A stretch of DNA of 28,905 bases from Fibrobacteraceae bacterium. Lineage in GTDB: Bacteria; Fibrobacterota; Fibrobacteria; Fibrobacterales; Fibrobacteraceae. A model generated the notes under the pieces. The model searched no databases and was not told where the DNA came from. It saw only the letters and a program-made list of their open reading frames with translations. Position numbers and translations under genes: made by a program. Shown one piece after another: positions 1-8,080 of the stretch. The stretch covers positions 1 to 28,905 of the forward strand of contig DATIQS010000227.1 of the NCBI GenBank assembly GCA_035470605.1, written 5' to 3'. Positions within the stretch are counted from its first letter, which is position 1. Each line of letters starts with the position of its first letter.

Positions 1-858
1 CTTCTGATCAAAGCCGGCTCTGGGGCCTTGACGCACGGAGTTCCCGATAGCGCCGGAGTTCCCCCAGAATTTGTGAGCCACACATTGATTGCGGAATACA
101 ACGATTGCGAAGGAACCGCCAAAATCATCGACGAGAACAAAGACCAGCTGGCCGCCGTCATTGTAGAACCCGTTGCAGCCAACATGGGTGTCGTCCCTCC
201 CTCTCCAGAGTTTTTACCCTTGCTGCGCGAGAAATGCACACAACACGGCATTTTGCTCGTCTTTGATGAGGTCATCACCGGTTTCCGTCTTGGCCTCGCC
301 GGAGCCCAGGGCTGGTCTGGTATTTCCGCAGACATTACGGTGTTTGGAAAAATCATCGGCGGTGGAATGCCTGTGGGTGCTTACGGCGCCAAAAAGGAAC
401 TGATGAGTATGGTTGCTCCAGAGGGCCCCGTTTATCAGGCAGGGACATTATCTGGAAACCCTGTGGCAATGGCCGCAGGAATGGCGACCCTCAAACAATT
501 GCGCAATTCCATCGATTTTTACGAAAAGTTGGAGGCGCGATCCGCTGCACTGGAAGTGGGTTTACGCCAAGCCGCACAGGATGCGGGGGTTCCCATCTAC
601 ATCAATCGAGTCGCCTCCCTGATGACCATTTTCTTTACCAGCAGTCCTCGGGTTTCCACCTTTGCTCAAGTTCTGGAATGCGGACGGGATGCCTATGCCC
701 GCTTTTTCCGTCTGATGCTGGAACGCTCCATCTATTTACCACCGAGTCCTTTTGAGGCCTGGTTCCTCTCCGCAGCCCATGGGGAAAGCGAAATTGTGCG
801 CATTGTGGATACCGCGAAACAAGCCTTCTCGGACCTGCGTAAAGAATTGGCGGGGTGA
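1..858 (+). CDS. hemL: Glutamate-1-semialdehyde 2,1-aminomutase, 5'-truncated by the window edge
   Basis: The frame is open from base 1 (LLIKAGSGALTHGVPDSAGVP). It carries GSA-AT motifs VIVEPVAANMG, FDEVITGFR, FGKIIGGGMPVGAYG (PLP lysine), VYQAGTLSGNP and PSPFEAWF. Confidence 0.96.
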   Translation, partial: LLIKAGSGALTHGVPDSAGVPPEFVSHTLIAEYNDCEGTAKIIDENKDQLAAVIVEPVAANMGVVPPSPEFLPLLREKCTQHGILLVFDEVITGFRLGLAGAQGWSGISADITVFGKIIGGGMPVGAYGAKKELMSMVAPEGPVYQAGTLSGNPVAMAAGMATLKQLRNSIDFYEKLEARSAALEVGLRQAAQDAGVPIYINRVASLMTIFFTSSPRVSTFAQVLECGRDAYARFFRLMLERSIYLPPSPFEAWFLSAAHGESEIVRIVDTAKQAFSDLRKELAG

Positions 859-1229
859 TGGACTTCGAGGCGATCCTTTTAGTCGCCCATGGGGACGGAG
901 CGGGCGAGACGTTGCAAGTGTTGAAGCAACTGGCGGAACAACTCACTCGTCGCATTAACAGACCTGTTTATGCCGCGCAATTGCTCGCCCCCCCCCAAGA
1001 GGTTCAGCTTTCAATCGTTTGTGAAGACCTTATACAGCATGGTTTTCACCGTATCGCCCTGTTCCCCTGCTTCCTCGCTAACGGGCTTCATGTCTCCCGA
1101 GACATCCCCAATCAAGTCCGGGAGATTCAAACTCGTTTTCCAAAATTTGAAGTGGAAATTTTCAGCCCCTTTGGCGCGGATTCGTCCCTGGTGGACTTGC
1201 TACTTCACAGACTGCAGTCCTCCTCTTGA
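858..1229 (+). CDS. cbiX: Single-domain sirohydrochlorin chelatase (CbiX-S/SirB-like), 123 aa
   Basis: LLVAHG and LFPCFLANGLHVSRDIP match the two His-bearing CbiX/SirB motifs. The ATG overlaps the hemL stop (TGATG). Metal specificity (Co or Fe) cannot be read from the sequence. Confidence 0.8.
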   Translation: MDFEAILLVAHGDGAGETLQVLKQLAEQLTRRINRPVYAAQLLAPPQEVQLSIVCEDLIQHGFHRIALFPCFLANGLHVSRDIPNQVREIQTRFPKFEVEIFSPFGADSSLVDLLLHRLQSSS

Positions 1230-1283
1230 CGGAAACGCCAGAATATGGGATGATGAGGGCCTGTTCCATTACCGGGAGGGAAA

Positions 1284-1775
1284 ATGTTGAAACGATTAGC
1301 CATGATTGTCCTTGCCACCAGCACATTCGCACAAACAATTCCATTGGATCTCACACCAACCATTGTTGAGGAACAAAATAGCTCTCCTATACTAGTAGAC
1401 GCACCAGCCCCCGTAGAACGCAATGAGACTCTAAGCCAGGCTCACAACATTACGGGCTTTGCCGCAGCACTACTCGGGTTAGCCACGGCACTTTCCGCAC
1501 CTTTTATTGCCGAATCCGACGCCCATGAAATCATGGGCTACACAGCAGCGGGTTTTGCCGCAATTTCTATGGCTGGGGGATTTGCAGCCCATCATAACGA
1601 AATTGGTCCACAACAAGGTTCCAGTTCCAACAACATGCATGCCATCCTTGGAGTTCTCGGGGGCTCCATGATGGTCATCACTCCATTCCTCGCACCCGGC
1701 GGAGCACACAAGGTTGTCGGAGGGACCGGAGCGGCACTCATGTGTTTATCAGTTACTTGGAAAATCGTCTTTTAG
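1284..1775 (+). CDS. Hypothetical membrane protein with a signal peptide and four H-x-[IV]-x-G-initiated hydrophobic helices (possible b-heme protein)
   Basis: GGGAGG RBS upstream. Signal peptide MLKRLAMIVLATSTFA. His54, His81, His119 and His142 each start a Gly/Ala-rich helix. Confidence 0.75.
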   Translation: MLKRLAMIVLATSTFAQTIPLDLTPTIVEEQNSSPILVDAPAPVERNETLSQAHNITGFAAALLGLATALSAPFIAESDAHEIMGYTAAGFAAISMAGGFAAHHNEIGPQQGSSSNNMHAILGVLGGSMMVITPFLAPGGAHKVVGGTGAALMCLSVTWKIVF

Positions 1776-1783
1776 GAGAACCT

Positions 1784-2293
1784 ATGTTCAAAAAATGCTT
1801 CCTATTCTTCGTTTTTTGCTGCACGGCATTTCCGGCAGCAGCGGCACAGATCGCCATCCTTTTCAACGGGAACACCCCAGTAAATTCAGAAACCATTCAC
1901 TTTCTGGAAAAGCAGATGCAACAAACAGGGCAAGACCTTAAGCTGGTTCCTGTTTCTGATGGATCCACAATCAAACCGGGCCTTTACAAAGCAATCCTAA
2001 TCCTCAACACAGGAATCCCAGCAGGCATCGACCGCAAACTCGCAGAGTTCATCAACGCCTGGGCTCAAAAATCCGATCTTCTCTTGATTTCCCTCCGCAC
2101 CGGGAGTAAGGATGTGAAAGTGGAAAGCCTTACCGCATCTCCGGCAACATTGGGAATCGATGGAATTGCAGCCGCCTCTACCTGGAAAGGCAAAGGCTTG
2201 TCTGCTCTGTTCGGTGGGAAAAACAGTCCAGAATACGAGATGCATCTGGAGTGGACAAAACGCGTCATTCATTGGATACAGACCCGTCCCTGA
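1784..2293 (+). CDS. Secreted hypothetical protein with a flavodoxin-like alpha/beta pattern, 169 aa
   Basis: AGGAG RBS at 1774-1778 favours ATG 1784. Signal peptide ends AAAA-Q. Strands (IAILF, LKLVPV, YKAILIL, LLLISL) alternate with helices. The fold assignment is inference. Confidence 0.75.
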   Translation: MFKKCFLFFVFCCTAFPAAAAQIAILFNGNTPVNSETIHFLEKQMQQTGQDLKLVPVSDGSTIKPGLYKAILILNTGIPAGIDRKLAEFINAWAQKSDLLLISLRTGSKDVKVESLTASPATLGIDGIAAASTWKGKGLSALFGGKNSPEYEMHLEWTKRVIHWIQTRP

Positions 2294-2300
2294 CAATCCT

Positions 2301-3557
2301 ATGCCGATCATTTTGTTTTTGTATGGCGTTTTGCCTGCCGTTCAGATCTTTGCCTTTCTGCAAGGACGGGCGGCCTACAACGTTTCGGACGCGGTCAACT
2401 ATTCGTCCTCCATTCTTTTATTTCATTGGGTCCTTGCCAATGTTCTTCTGGCCTCCAAAATTCCCTGGTTTCAGCGATTGGTTCCTTACGATGCGCGGGT
2501 TCGTCTTCATATCTTAGCTAGCGCGGGAATTGCCTTGGCGCTGAGTTTCCACGTGACCTATAAAATTCTGATGGGGAAATGGATTGACCTCGTTTCCTGG
2601 TCCCTGCTGGCAATGATGGCGGTACTCCTTTTTTTGGCGGTGCTCTGGGTCCCAATTCCTGGCTTTAGGGCCTTCCGCCATCTTGTCCATTCTTGGCTAG
2701 GCTCCCTTTCCTACGACCGATCCAAAAAAATTCATTCCTTCATTCTGATCTTCGCTACTGTGCTGATTTTGTTGCATGTCGCACAAGCCGATCTGTTCTC
2801 CCAAGTTCCTCCATGGTCAGCAATTTTCTATCTAGCTCTCTATCTCTCCGCTTTGGCGGGGCACCTCATAGCACGCGTTGGTCTGTTCCGCACCAAGGCC
2901 ACCGTGATCCGCACTGAACGGCGGCGAGACATTGTCGTCTTGTATTTGCACCCGCATCGAAGCTTTCATTTCCGCAGTGGGCAATTCGCCTTTCTACGCG
3001 TCAAACTTCCATCGCATAAAATGGAAGAGCATCCGTTTTCCATTCTCTCCACGCCTCAAGAACCGGTGATCACTCTCGCCATCCGCGCCTTGGGCGACTT
3101 CACCAAGGATCTGGAGCATCTTCCCCCGGGAAGTCAGGTCAGCCTAAATGGTGGCTACGGTAATTTTTATCCACGAGGAGAAAGCCCTCTTTGCTTCATT
3201 GCATCAGGAATCGGCATGGTCCCCTGTATCAGTATTCTCAAATCTTTGCAGGAGTCAAGAGAGTCTCGTCCGATTCTCTTTTTCCTTGCGGTCCACGATT
3301 TGGAAGGGCTCCCCGAACGGGAACGCCTTGAGGCTATTCCCCGAGACCTCCCCAATGTACACCTGCGCATCCTGACCTCAAACCCACCAGGGCCTCGTTT
3401 TGGGAAAACGTTTTTCCAACATGAGATTCCAGATCCACGCTCGTTTTCCTATTTCCTCTGTTCGTCGTCCAAGGTCCGACAAACGGTGATCCAAGCTCTG
3501 CACGCCCTAGGGGTACAAAATCGGGTGATTCACTACGAGACCTTTACTCTGGGGTAA
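2301..3557 (+). CDS. Ferric reductase-like transmembrane domain plus FAD/NAD(P)H-binding (FNR) domain; bacterial NOX/FRE family, 418 aa
   Basis: About 6 TM helices with His pairs (RLHILAS, SFHVTY, KIHSF, LLHVAQ). Further motifs: FRSGQFAFL, EEHPFSI (FAD), GGYGNF, FIASGIGMVP (NAD(P)) and C-terminal HYETF. ATG 2301 was chosen because the upstream extension overlaps the previous gene. Confidence 0.88.
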   Translation: MPIILFLYGVLPAVQIFAFLQGRAAYNVSDAVNYSSSILLFHWVLANVLLASKIPWFQRLVPYDARVRLHILASAGIALALSFHVTYKILMGKWIDLVSWSLLAMMAVLLFLAVLWVPIPGFRAFRHLVHSWLGSLSYDRSKKIHSFILIFATVLILLHVAQADLFSQVPPWSAIFYLALYLSALAGHLIARVGLFRTKATVIRTERRRDIVVLYLHPHRSFHFRSGQFAFLRVKLPSHKMEEHPFSILSTPQEPVITLAIRALGDFTKDLEHLPPGSQVSLNGGYGNFYPRGESPLCFIASGIGMVPCISILKSLQESRESRPILFFLAVHDLEGLPERERLEAIPRDLPNVHLRILTSNPPGPRFGKTFFQHEIPDPRSFSYFLCSSSKVRQTVIQALHALGVQNRVIHYETFTLG

Positions 3558-3576
3558 CATCTGCACGGCAGACGTT
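3556..3576. terminator. Hairpin between convergent stops (possible bidirectional terminator)
   Basis: AACaTCTGC-ACG-GCAGAcGTT pairs at 8 of 9 positions in the 25-bp gap. There is no clear U tract. Confidence 0.35.
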
Positions 3577-3582
3577 AGCGGC

Positions 3583-5958
3583 TCATTTGCCTTTTTTCTG
3601 AAACAGCAAAGAGATCACCTGATCGATGTGTGAGTGAGTCTGAATGGTGAGCCCTTGACGAACAGCGTCGGGAAGTTCTGAAAGCTGGCGCCGATTGTCC
3701 AACGGAATGTGAATGGTCTTCACCCCGGCCTGCAATGCGGCAATGGATTTTTCGGTAAGACCGCCGATCGCGTGTAATCGTCCTGTTAGAGAAACTTCTC
3801 CCGTAAACGCCACCACAGGGGGGACGGTCTGACGAGTAAATGCGCTTAACAAAGCCAAGGTAAGAGCGATTCCCGCCGAAGGCCCATCCTTGGGAACAGC
3901 ACCTTCTGGAACGTGAATATGAATATCGGTTTTACGAAAAATTTCGGGGTCCACTCCGAACTGAAGGGCCCTCTGTCGCACCAGAGTCAACGCAATATGC
4001 GCCGATTCTTTCATCACATCGCCAAGCTTACCGGTGAGATCCAAACGCCCCTTCCCAGAGAGTAAGACGCACTCAATCTGTAAAATTTCGCCCCCAACCG
4101 GGGTATAAGCCAACCCCGTCACAACCCCGGGTAACGCCTTGCGTTCCAACTCATTGCAGCGATACGGAGGTACGCCGAGATATTGAGCAACCGCCTTCGG
4201 CTGAATGGAGGAGCGATGCTTCTTTTTGGAAATAATTTCCCAGGCACGCTTGCGGCAGAGGTGATCCAATTGGCGCTCCAGGTCACGCACCCCCGCCTCT
4301 CGAGTGTATTCATCCAGAATCACATCCAAGGTCTCAGGAGAGACCTGTAGTTGCCGAGGAATGGACAGCCCATTGCGCTGGGCTACCTTCGCTAAGAGAT
4401 GCCGCTGCACAATCTCATGTTTTTCATGGCGATGATAACCACTGATTCGAACCACCTCCATACGGTCAAGCAAGGGGCCAGGAATTCCTTCCTCCACATT
4501 GGCGGTTGCGACAAAAAGAACTCGCGACAAGTCGATCCCCAATTCCAAATAATGGTCCTGAAATTCCTGATTCTGCTCTGGATCAAGCACCTCCAGTAAC
4601 GCACTGGCTGGATCTCCACGGAAGTCGCTAGACATCTTATCCATTTCATCGAGCAGCAGAAGCGGGTTCATGGATTTCGCTTTGCGTAACGCTTGAATAA
4701 TACGCCCAGGCATAGACCCAATGTACGTACGTCGATGGCCTCGAATCTCCGCCTCGTCGCGCACACCGCCCAAGGTAATACGGACAAAATTCCTCCCCAA
4801 GGATTCCGCAATTGATTTTGCGAGGGATGTTTTTCCCACCCCAGGAGGTCCGACCAGACATAAAATAGGGCTCCGATTTTCGCCAGGGGAAAGTTTCAGG
4901 ACTGCCACATGTTCCAGGACACGCTCCTTCACCTTTTCCAATCCGTAGTGATGTGCTTCCAATTCCCGGCGTACGCGATTCAAATCCAGGTTATCTGCCG
5001 TATAATCACCAAAGGGCACAGAAAGAAGCGTATCCAAATAATTGCGCACCACCGCATATTCTGGCGTTGAAGGGTGCAAATTTCCCAAACGAGAAAGTTC
5101 CTCACGAGCCTTGGCCTCTACGGCTGGTGGTAATTTATGGCTACGAATCCGTTTATCAATGGAAGCATGATCCGCGTTGGTGAGCTCTGGATTTTCCAGT
5201 TCTTCCTGCAACAAACGAATTTGTTCATGAATAAACCATTCGCGCTGATTCTGTTGCATTCGATAGCGAACATCCTGCTCCACTCGTTGCCGCAAGTCCT
5301 GCATCTCGTTTGCTGCACCCATCCCAGAAAGGAGACACGATACCGCCTCAGAGAGCGAAGAGCATTCCAAATATTTCTGAACGTCAGGCAGCGACATTTG
5401 CACATAAGGCGCAACAACCTGAAGGACATCCACCGGATGAGGCATACCGTCAAGATTTAACAGGATCTCTCCTGGAACATTATGCGAGGTGGCGTATTCC
5501 TTGAATCGTTCAAGCAGCCGTTTGCGTTGTGCCTGAGACTCTTTATCCGCAGGCAAACGGAAGGGATGTGCTTTAATGTGCGCTGTCCAGAAACCGTCTT
5601 TTAAGGAGAGATCTTTGCTACATGCCGGGAGAATTCCTTCCACCAAAATCTTGACATATCCATTCGGCAAATAGGTAAAGCTCTGTATACGAGCCACCAG
5701 GCCAACGTCATACAAGTCTTCTGGAACTTTCAGCTCATCGGCATCCAAGTCGCGTTGCAGCAAAAGAAGCACCAGTTGCTCGTCTTGGGTACGAGCATGT
5801 TCCATTGCTCGCAAAGAAGCCTCCCGGCCCAGTAAAAGCGGGGTCGCTGTTCCTGGATATACGGCGGTTTCTCGTAGTGGAATTACGGCATAACGGCCCT
5901 GAAAATCAAGCATCAGGGCCCTAGAACCGCTATTGTCGGCATGCAATGTCTCGCTCAT
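3583..5958 (-). CDS. lon: ATP-dependent Lon protease
   Basis: N-domain (PLRETAVYPG), Walker A GPPGVGKTS, GGVRDEAEIRGHRRTYIG, catalytic PKDGPSAG serine and IGGLTEK lysine. ATGA overlap with the clpX stop. Confidence 0.97.
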   Translation of the reverse strand: MSETLHADNSGSRALMLDFQGRYAVIPLRETAVYPGTATPLLLGREASLRAMEHARTQDEQLVLLLLQRDLDADELKVPEDLYDVGLVARIQSFTYLPNGYVKILVEGILPACSKDLSLKDGFWTAHIKAHPFRLPADKESQAQRKRLLERFKEYATSHNVPGEILLNLDGMPHPVDVLQVVAPYVQMSLPDVQKYLECSSLSEAVSCLLSGMGAANEMQDLRQRVEQDVRYRMQQNQREWFIHEQIRLLQEELENPELTNADHASIDKRIRSHKLPPAVEAKAREELSRLGNLHPSTPEYAVVRNYLDTLLSVPFGDYTADNLDLNRVRRELEAHHYGLEKVKERVLEHVAVLKLSPGENRSPILCLVGPPGVGKTSLAKSIAESLGRNFVRITLGGVRDEAEIRGHRRTYIGSMPGRIIQALRKAKSMNPLLLLDEMDKMSSDFRGDPASALLEVLDPEQNQEFQDHYLELGIDLSRVLFVATANVEEGIPGPLLDRMEVVRISGYHRHEKHEIVQRHLLAKVAQRNGLSIPRQLQVSPETLDVILDEYTREAGVRDLERQLDHLCRKRAWEIISKKKHRSSIQPKAVAQYLGVPPYRCNELERKALPGVVTGLAYTPVGGEILQIECVLLSGKGRLDLTGKLGDVMKESAHIALTLVRQRALQFGVDPEIFRKTDIHIHVPEGAVPKDGPSAGIALTLALLSAFTRQTVPPVVAFTGEVSLTGRLHAIGGLTEKSIAALQAGVKTIHIPLDNRRQLSELPDAVRQGLTIQTHSHIDQVISLLFQKKGK

Positions 5959-7235
5959 GCGACTTTGCTACGCAGAGTAAGCGGGGCCGGTTCAGGAAGC
6001 ATTGCCTGATCCACCATTTCCGCTGTCACCACAAATTCCTGGATATCTTTTTGCCCTGGTAGGTCATACATGGGCTTTTGCAGCACGCGCTCCATGACGC
6101 TACGGAGGCCACGGGCTCCAGTCTTGCGGTCCAGAGTCTGCCGAACAATAGCCTGTAGGGCATCATCTGTGAATTTCAACGTAATCCCTTCCATCTCAAA
6201 TAAACGCGCATACTGTTTTGTCAAGGCATTGCGGGGACGATTCAAAATATTGAGTAGCGCCGCCTCATCCAATTCATCCAGTCCCACCACGACAGGCAAA
6301 CGTCCAACCAATTCAGGAATCAAGCCGAACTGAATCAGATCATCGGGCTCACACTGACGGAAAAGTTCTCCCATAGCGATTTCCCGGCCGGAATGGATAT
6401 CCGCGCCAAAGCCCATACCGCCGCGATTGATGCGCCTCATAACAACGCGATCCAGGGTTTCAAAAGCACCGCCACAGATGAACAAAATATTGCGGGTGTT
6501 GATATGCACCAAATTCTGCTCTGGATGTTTACGCCCCCCCTTAGGAGGCACCGCTGCCACCGTACCTTCAAGGATCTTCAGCAGGCCCTGTTGCACCCCT
6601 TCGCCAGAAACGTCACGAGTAATCGATGGGTTCGCCGTTTTGCGGGCAATTTTATCCATCTCGTCCACAAAAATAATACCTTGCTCTGCGCGCTGGACAT
6701 TATAGTCCGCCGCCTGCAACAGACGGACCAAAATGCTTTCCACGTCTTCACCCACGTAACCCGCTTCAGTCAGCACGGTAGCGTCTACAATGGTAAAGGG
6801 AACATTCAAAAACCGAGCCATGGTCTGAGCGAGTAACGTTTTCCCAGATCCCGTTGGGCCAATCAACAAGAGGTTGGATTTTTCCACCTCCACAGTCCCC
6901 ACTTCCTTAGGTTGACGAAGGCGCTTATAATGATTGTAGACGGAAACAGACAAAGCCACTTTCGCCGAGTCCTGACCGACCACATACTCATCCAAGTGAG
7001 CCTTGATCTGGGCGGGTGTGGGAAGATCGGGCTGCTGAGGCACGACAGAAGTTCCGGCGGTTTCGTTCGCCTTCGAATCCTTAGCCAATTCCTCTACCAT
7101 GATTTTGTAGCACATCTGTACACATTCATTGCAGATGTGGACCCCAGGGCCAGTCAAAATCTTCGCGACCTGTTCCGGGCCTTTGCCGCAGAAGGAACAA
7201 GTAATCCGAGGGTGGTTCTTTCCTGTACGGTACAT
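5955..7235 (-). CDS. clpX: ATP-dependent Clp protease ATP-binding subunit ClpX
   Basis: C4 zinc finger CSFCGK...[37 protein letters not shown] loop and TGARGLR. Confidence 0.98.
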   Translation of the reverse strand: MYRTGKNHPRITCSFCGKGPEQVAKILTGPGVHICNECVQMCYKIMVEELAKDSKANETAGTSVVPQQPDLPTPAQIKAHLDEYVVGQDSAKVALSVSVYNHYKRLRQPKEVGTVEVEKSNLLLIGPTGSGKTLLAQTMARFLNVPFTIVDATVLTEAGYVGEDVESILVRLLQAADYNVQRAEQGIIFVDEMDKIARKTANPSITRDVSGEGVQQGLLKILEGTVAAVPPKGGRKHPEQNLVHINTRNILFICGGAFETLDRVVMRRINRGGMGFGADIHSGREIAMGELFRQCEPDDLIQFGLIPELVGRLPVVVGLDELDEAALLNILNRPRNALTKQYARLFEMEGITLKFTDDALQAIVRQTLDRKTGARGLRSVMERVLQKPMYDLPGQKDIQEFVVTAEMVDQAMLPEPAPLTLRSKVA

Positions 7236-7244
7236 GAATGCCTC

Positions 7245-7835
7245 TTACTTTGCGCCCTTGCGCGGCTGAAAAATTTCATCCACGATTCCGAAATCCAAGG
7301 CCTCCTGAGGCCCCATATAAAAATCACGGTCCGTCTTTTCGCGCACCTCGGGGACGGTCTTGCCCGTGTGTTTCGCAACGATTTCCGCCAACTGGTCACG
7401 AGAGCGAACAATTTCCTTGGCGTGAATTTGAATGTCCGAGGATTGGCCAGTAGCCGCGCCCATGGGTTGATGAAGCATCACTTTGGAGTGAGGCAACGCG
7501 TAGCGTTTTCCCTTTGTGCCCGCGGCCAAAAGGACCGCCGCCATGGAAATCGCAGAACCGATACAGATAGTGACCACATCGGGACGAATATGCTGCATGG
7601 TGTCGTAAATCGCCATCCCCGCTGAAACGTACCCCCCTGGGCTGTTGATGTAAACGATGATGTCTTTTTCGGGGTTTTCATATTCCAAAAAAATCATCTG
7701 GGCCATGACATTGTTGGCGACCTGATCATTGATCGGTTCCCCGAGAAAAATAATACGCTCTTTCAACAGACGGGAATAAATATCGTAGACGCGTTCACCG
7801 CGTCCAGTGTTTTCAATAATGGTAGGGATCAGCAT
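7245..7835 (-). CDS. clpP: ATP-dependent Clp protease proteolytic subunit ClpP
   Basis: [23 protein letters not shown], catalytic Ser region [13 protein letters not shown] and DRDFYM. AGAGG RBS. Confidence 0.98.
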   Translation of the reverse strand: MLIPTIIENTGRGERVYDIYSRLLKERIIFLGEPINDQVANNVMAQMIFLEYENPEKDIIVYINSPGGYVSAGMAIYDTMQHIRPDVVTICIGSAISMAAVLLAAGTKGKRYALPHSKVMLHQPMGAATGQSSDIQIHAKEIVRSRDQLAEIVAKHTGKTVPEVREKTDRDFYMGPQEALDFGIVDEIFQPRKGAK

Positions 7836-7902
7836 GCAAACCTCTCTTCTCAGATTTCTGCTTAAAAGTAGAAAACTAGTGGCACTGAATTTTTCCCAGA
7901 AG

Positions 7903-7931
7903 ATTATCCTAGATCCCGCAGTTGATCACAA
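7903..7931 (-). promoter_or_regulatory. Putative sigma70-type promoter for clpP-clpX-lon
   Basis: The minus strand reads TTGTGA-N17-GATAAT, about 70 nt upstream of the clpP ATG. It lies inside the repeated element, so it may be coincidental. Confidence 0.4.
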
Positions 7932-7975
7932 AGAGGATATGTGTCAGTAGCAGCTAAAGCTGAACGGGCATATCA
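7908..7975 (+). repeat. Dispersed repeat core, copy B (inverted relative to 20228-20294)
   Basis: Hand alignment gives 53/68 identical columns with one 1-nt gap, including the exact 16-mer AGCAGCTAAAGCTGAA (7949-7964 versus the complement of 20239-20254). Confidence 0.9.
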
Positions 7976-8080
7976 GAACGGAGATATCATCCAACTGACC
8001 GGCGACAAACAGGGTCAGTTGGAAGAGGAATTTTTATGCCTCACCAAGCCACAGGATGTGGAACATAAAAATCGACCGGG

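Noticed and set aside
7880-7887. TGGCACTG, a CIRCE-like half site upstream of clpP
   Set aside because: There is no second arm at 9-nt spacing, so it is not a CIRCE. No CtsR heptad repeats either.
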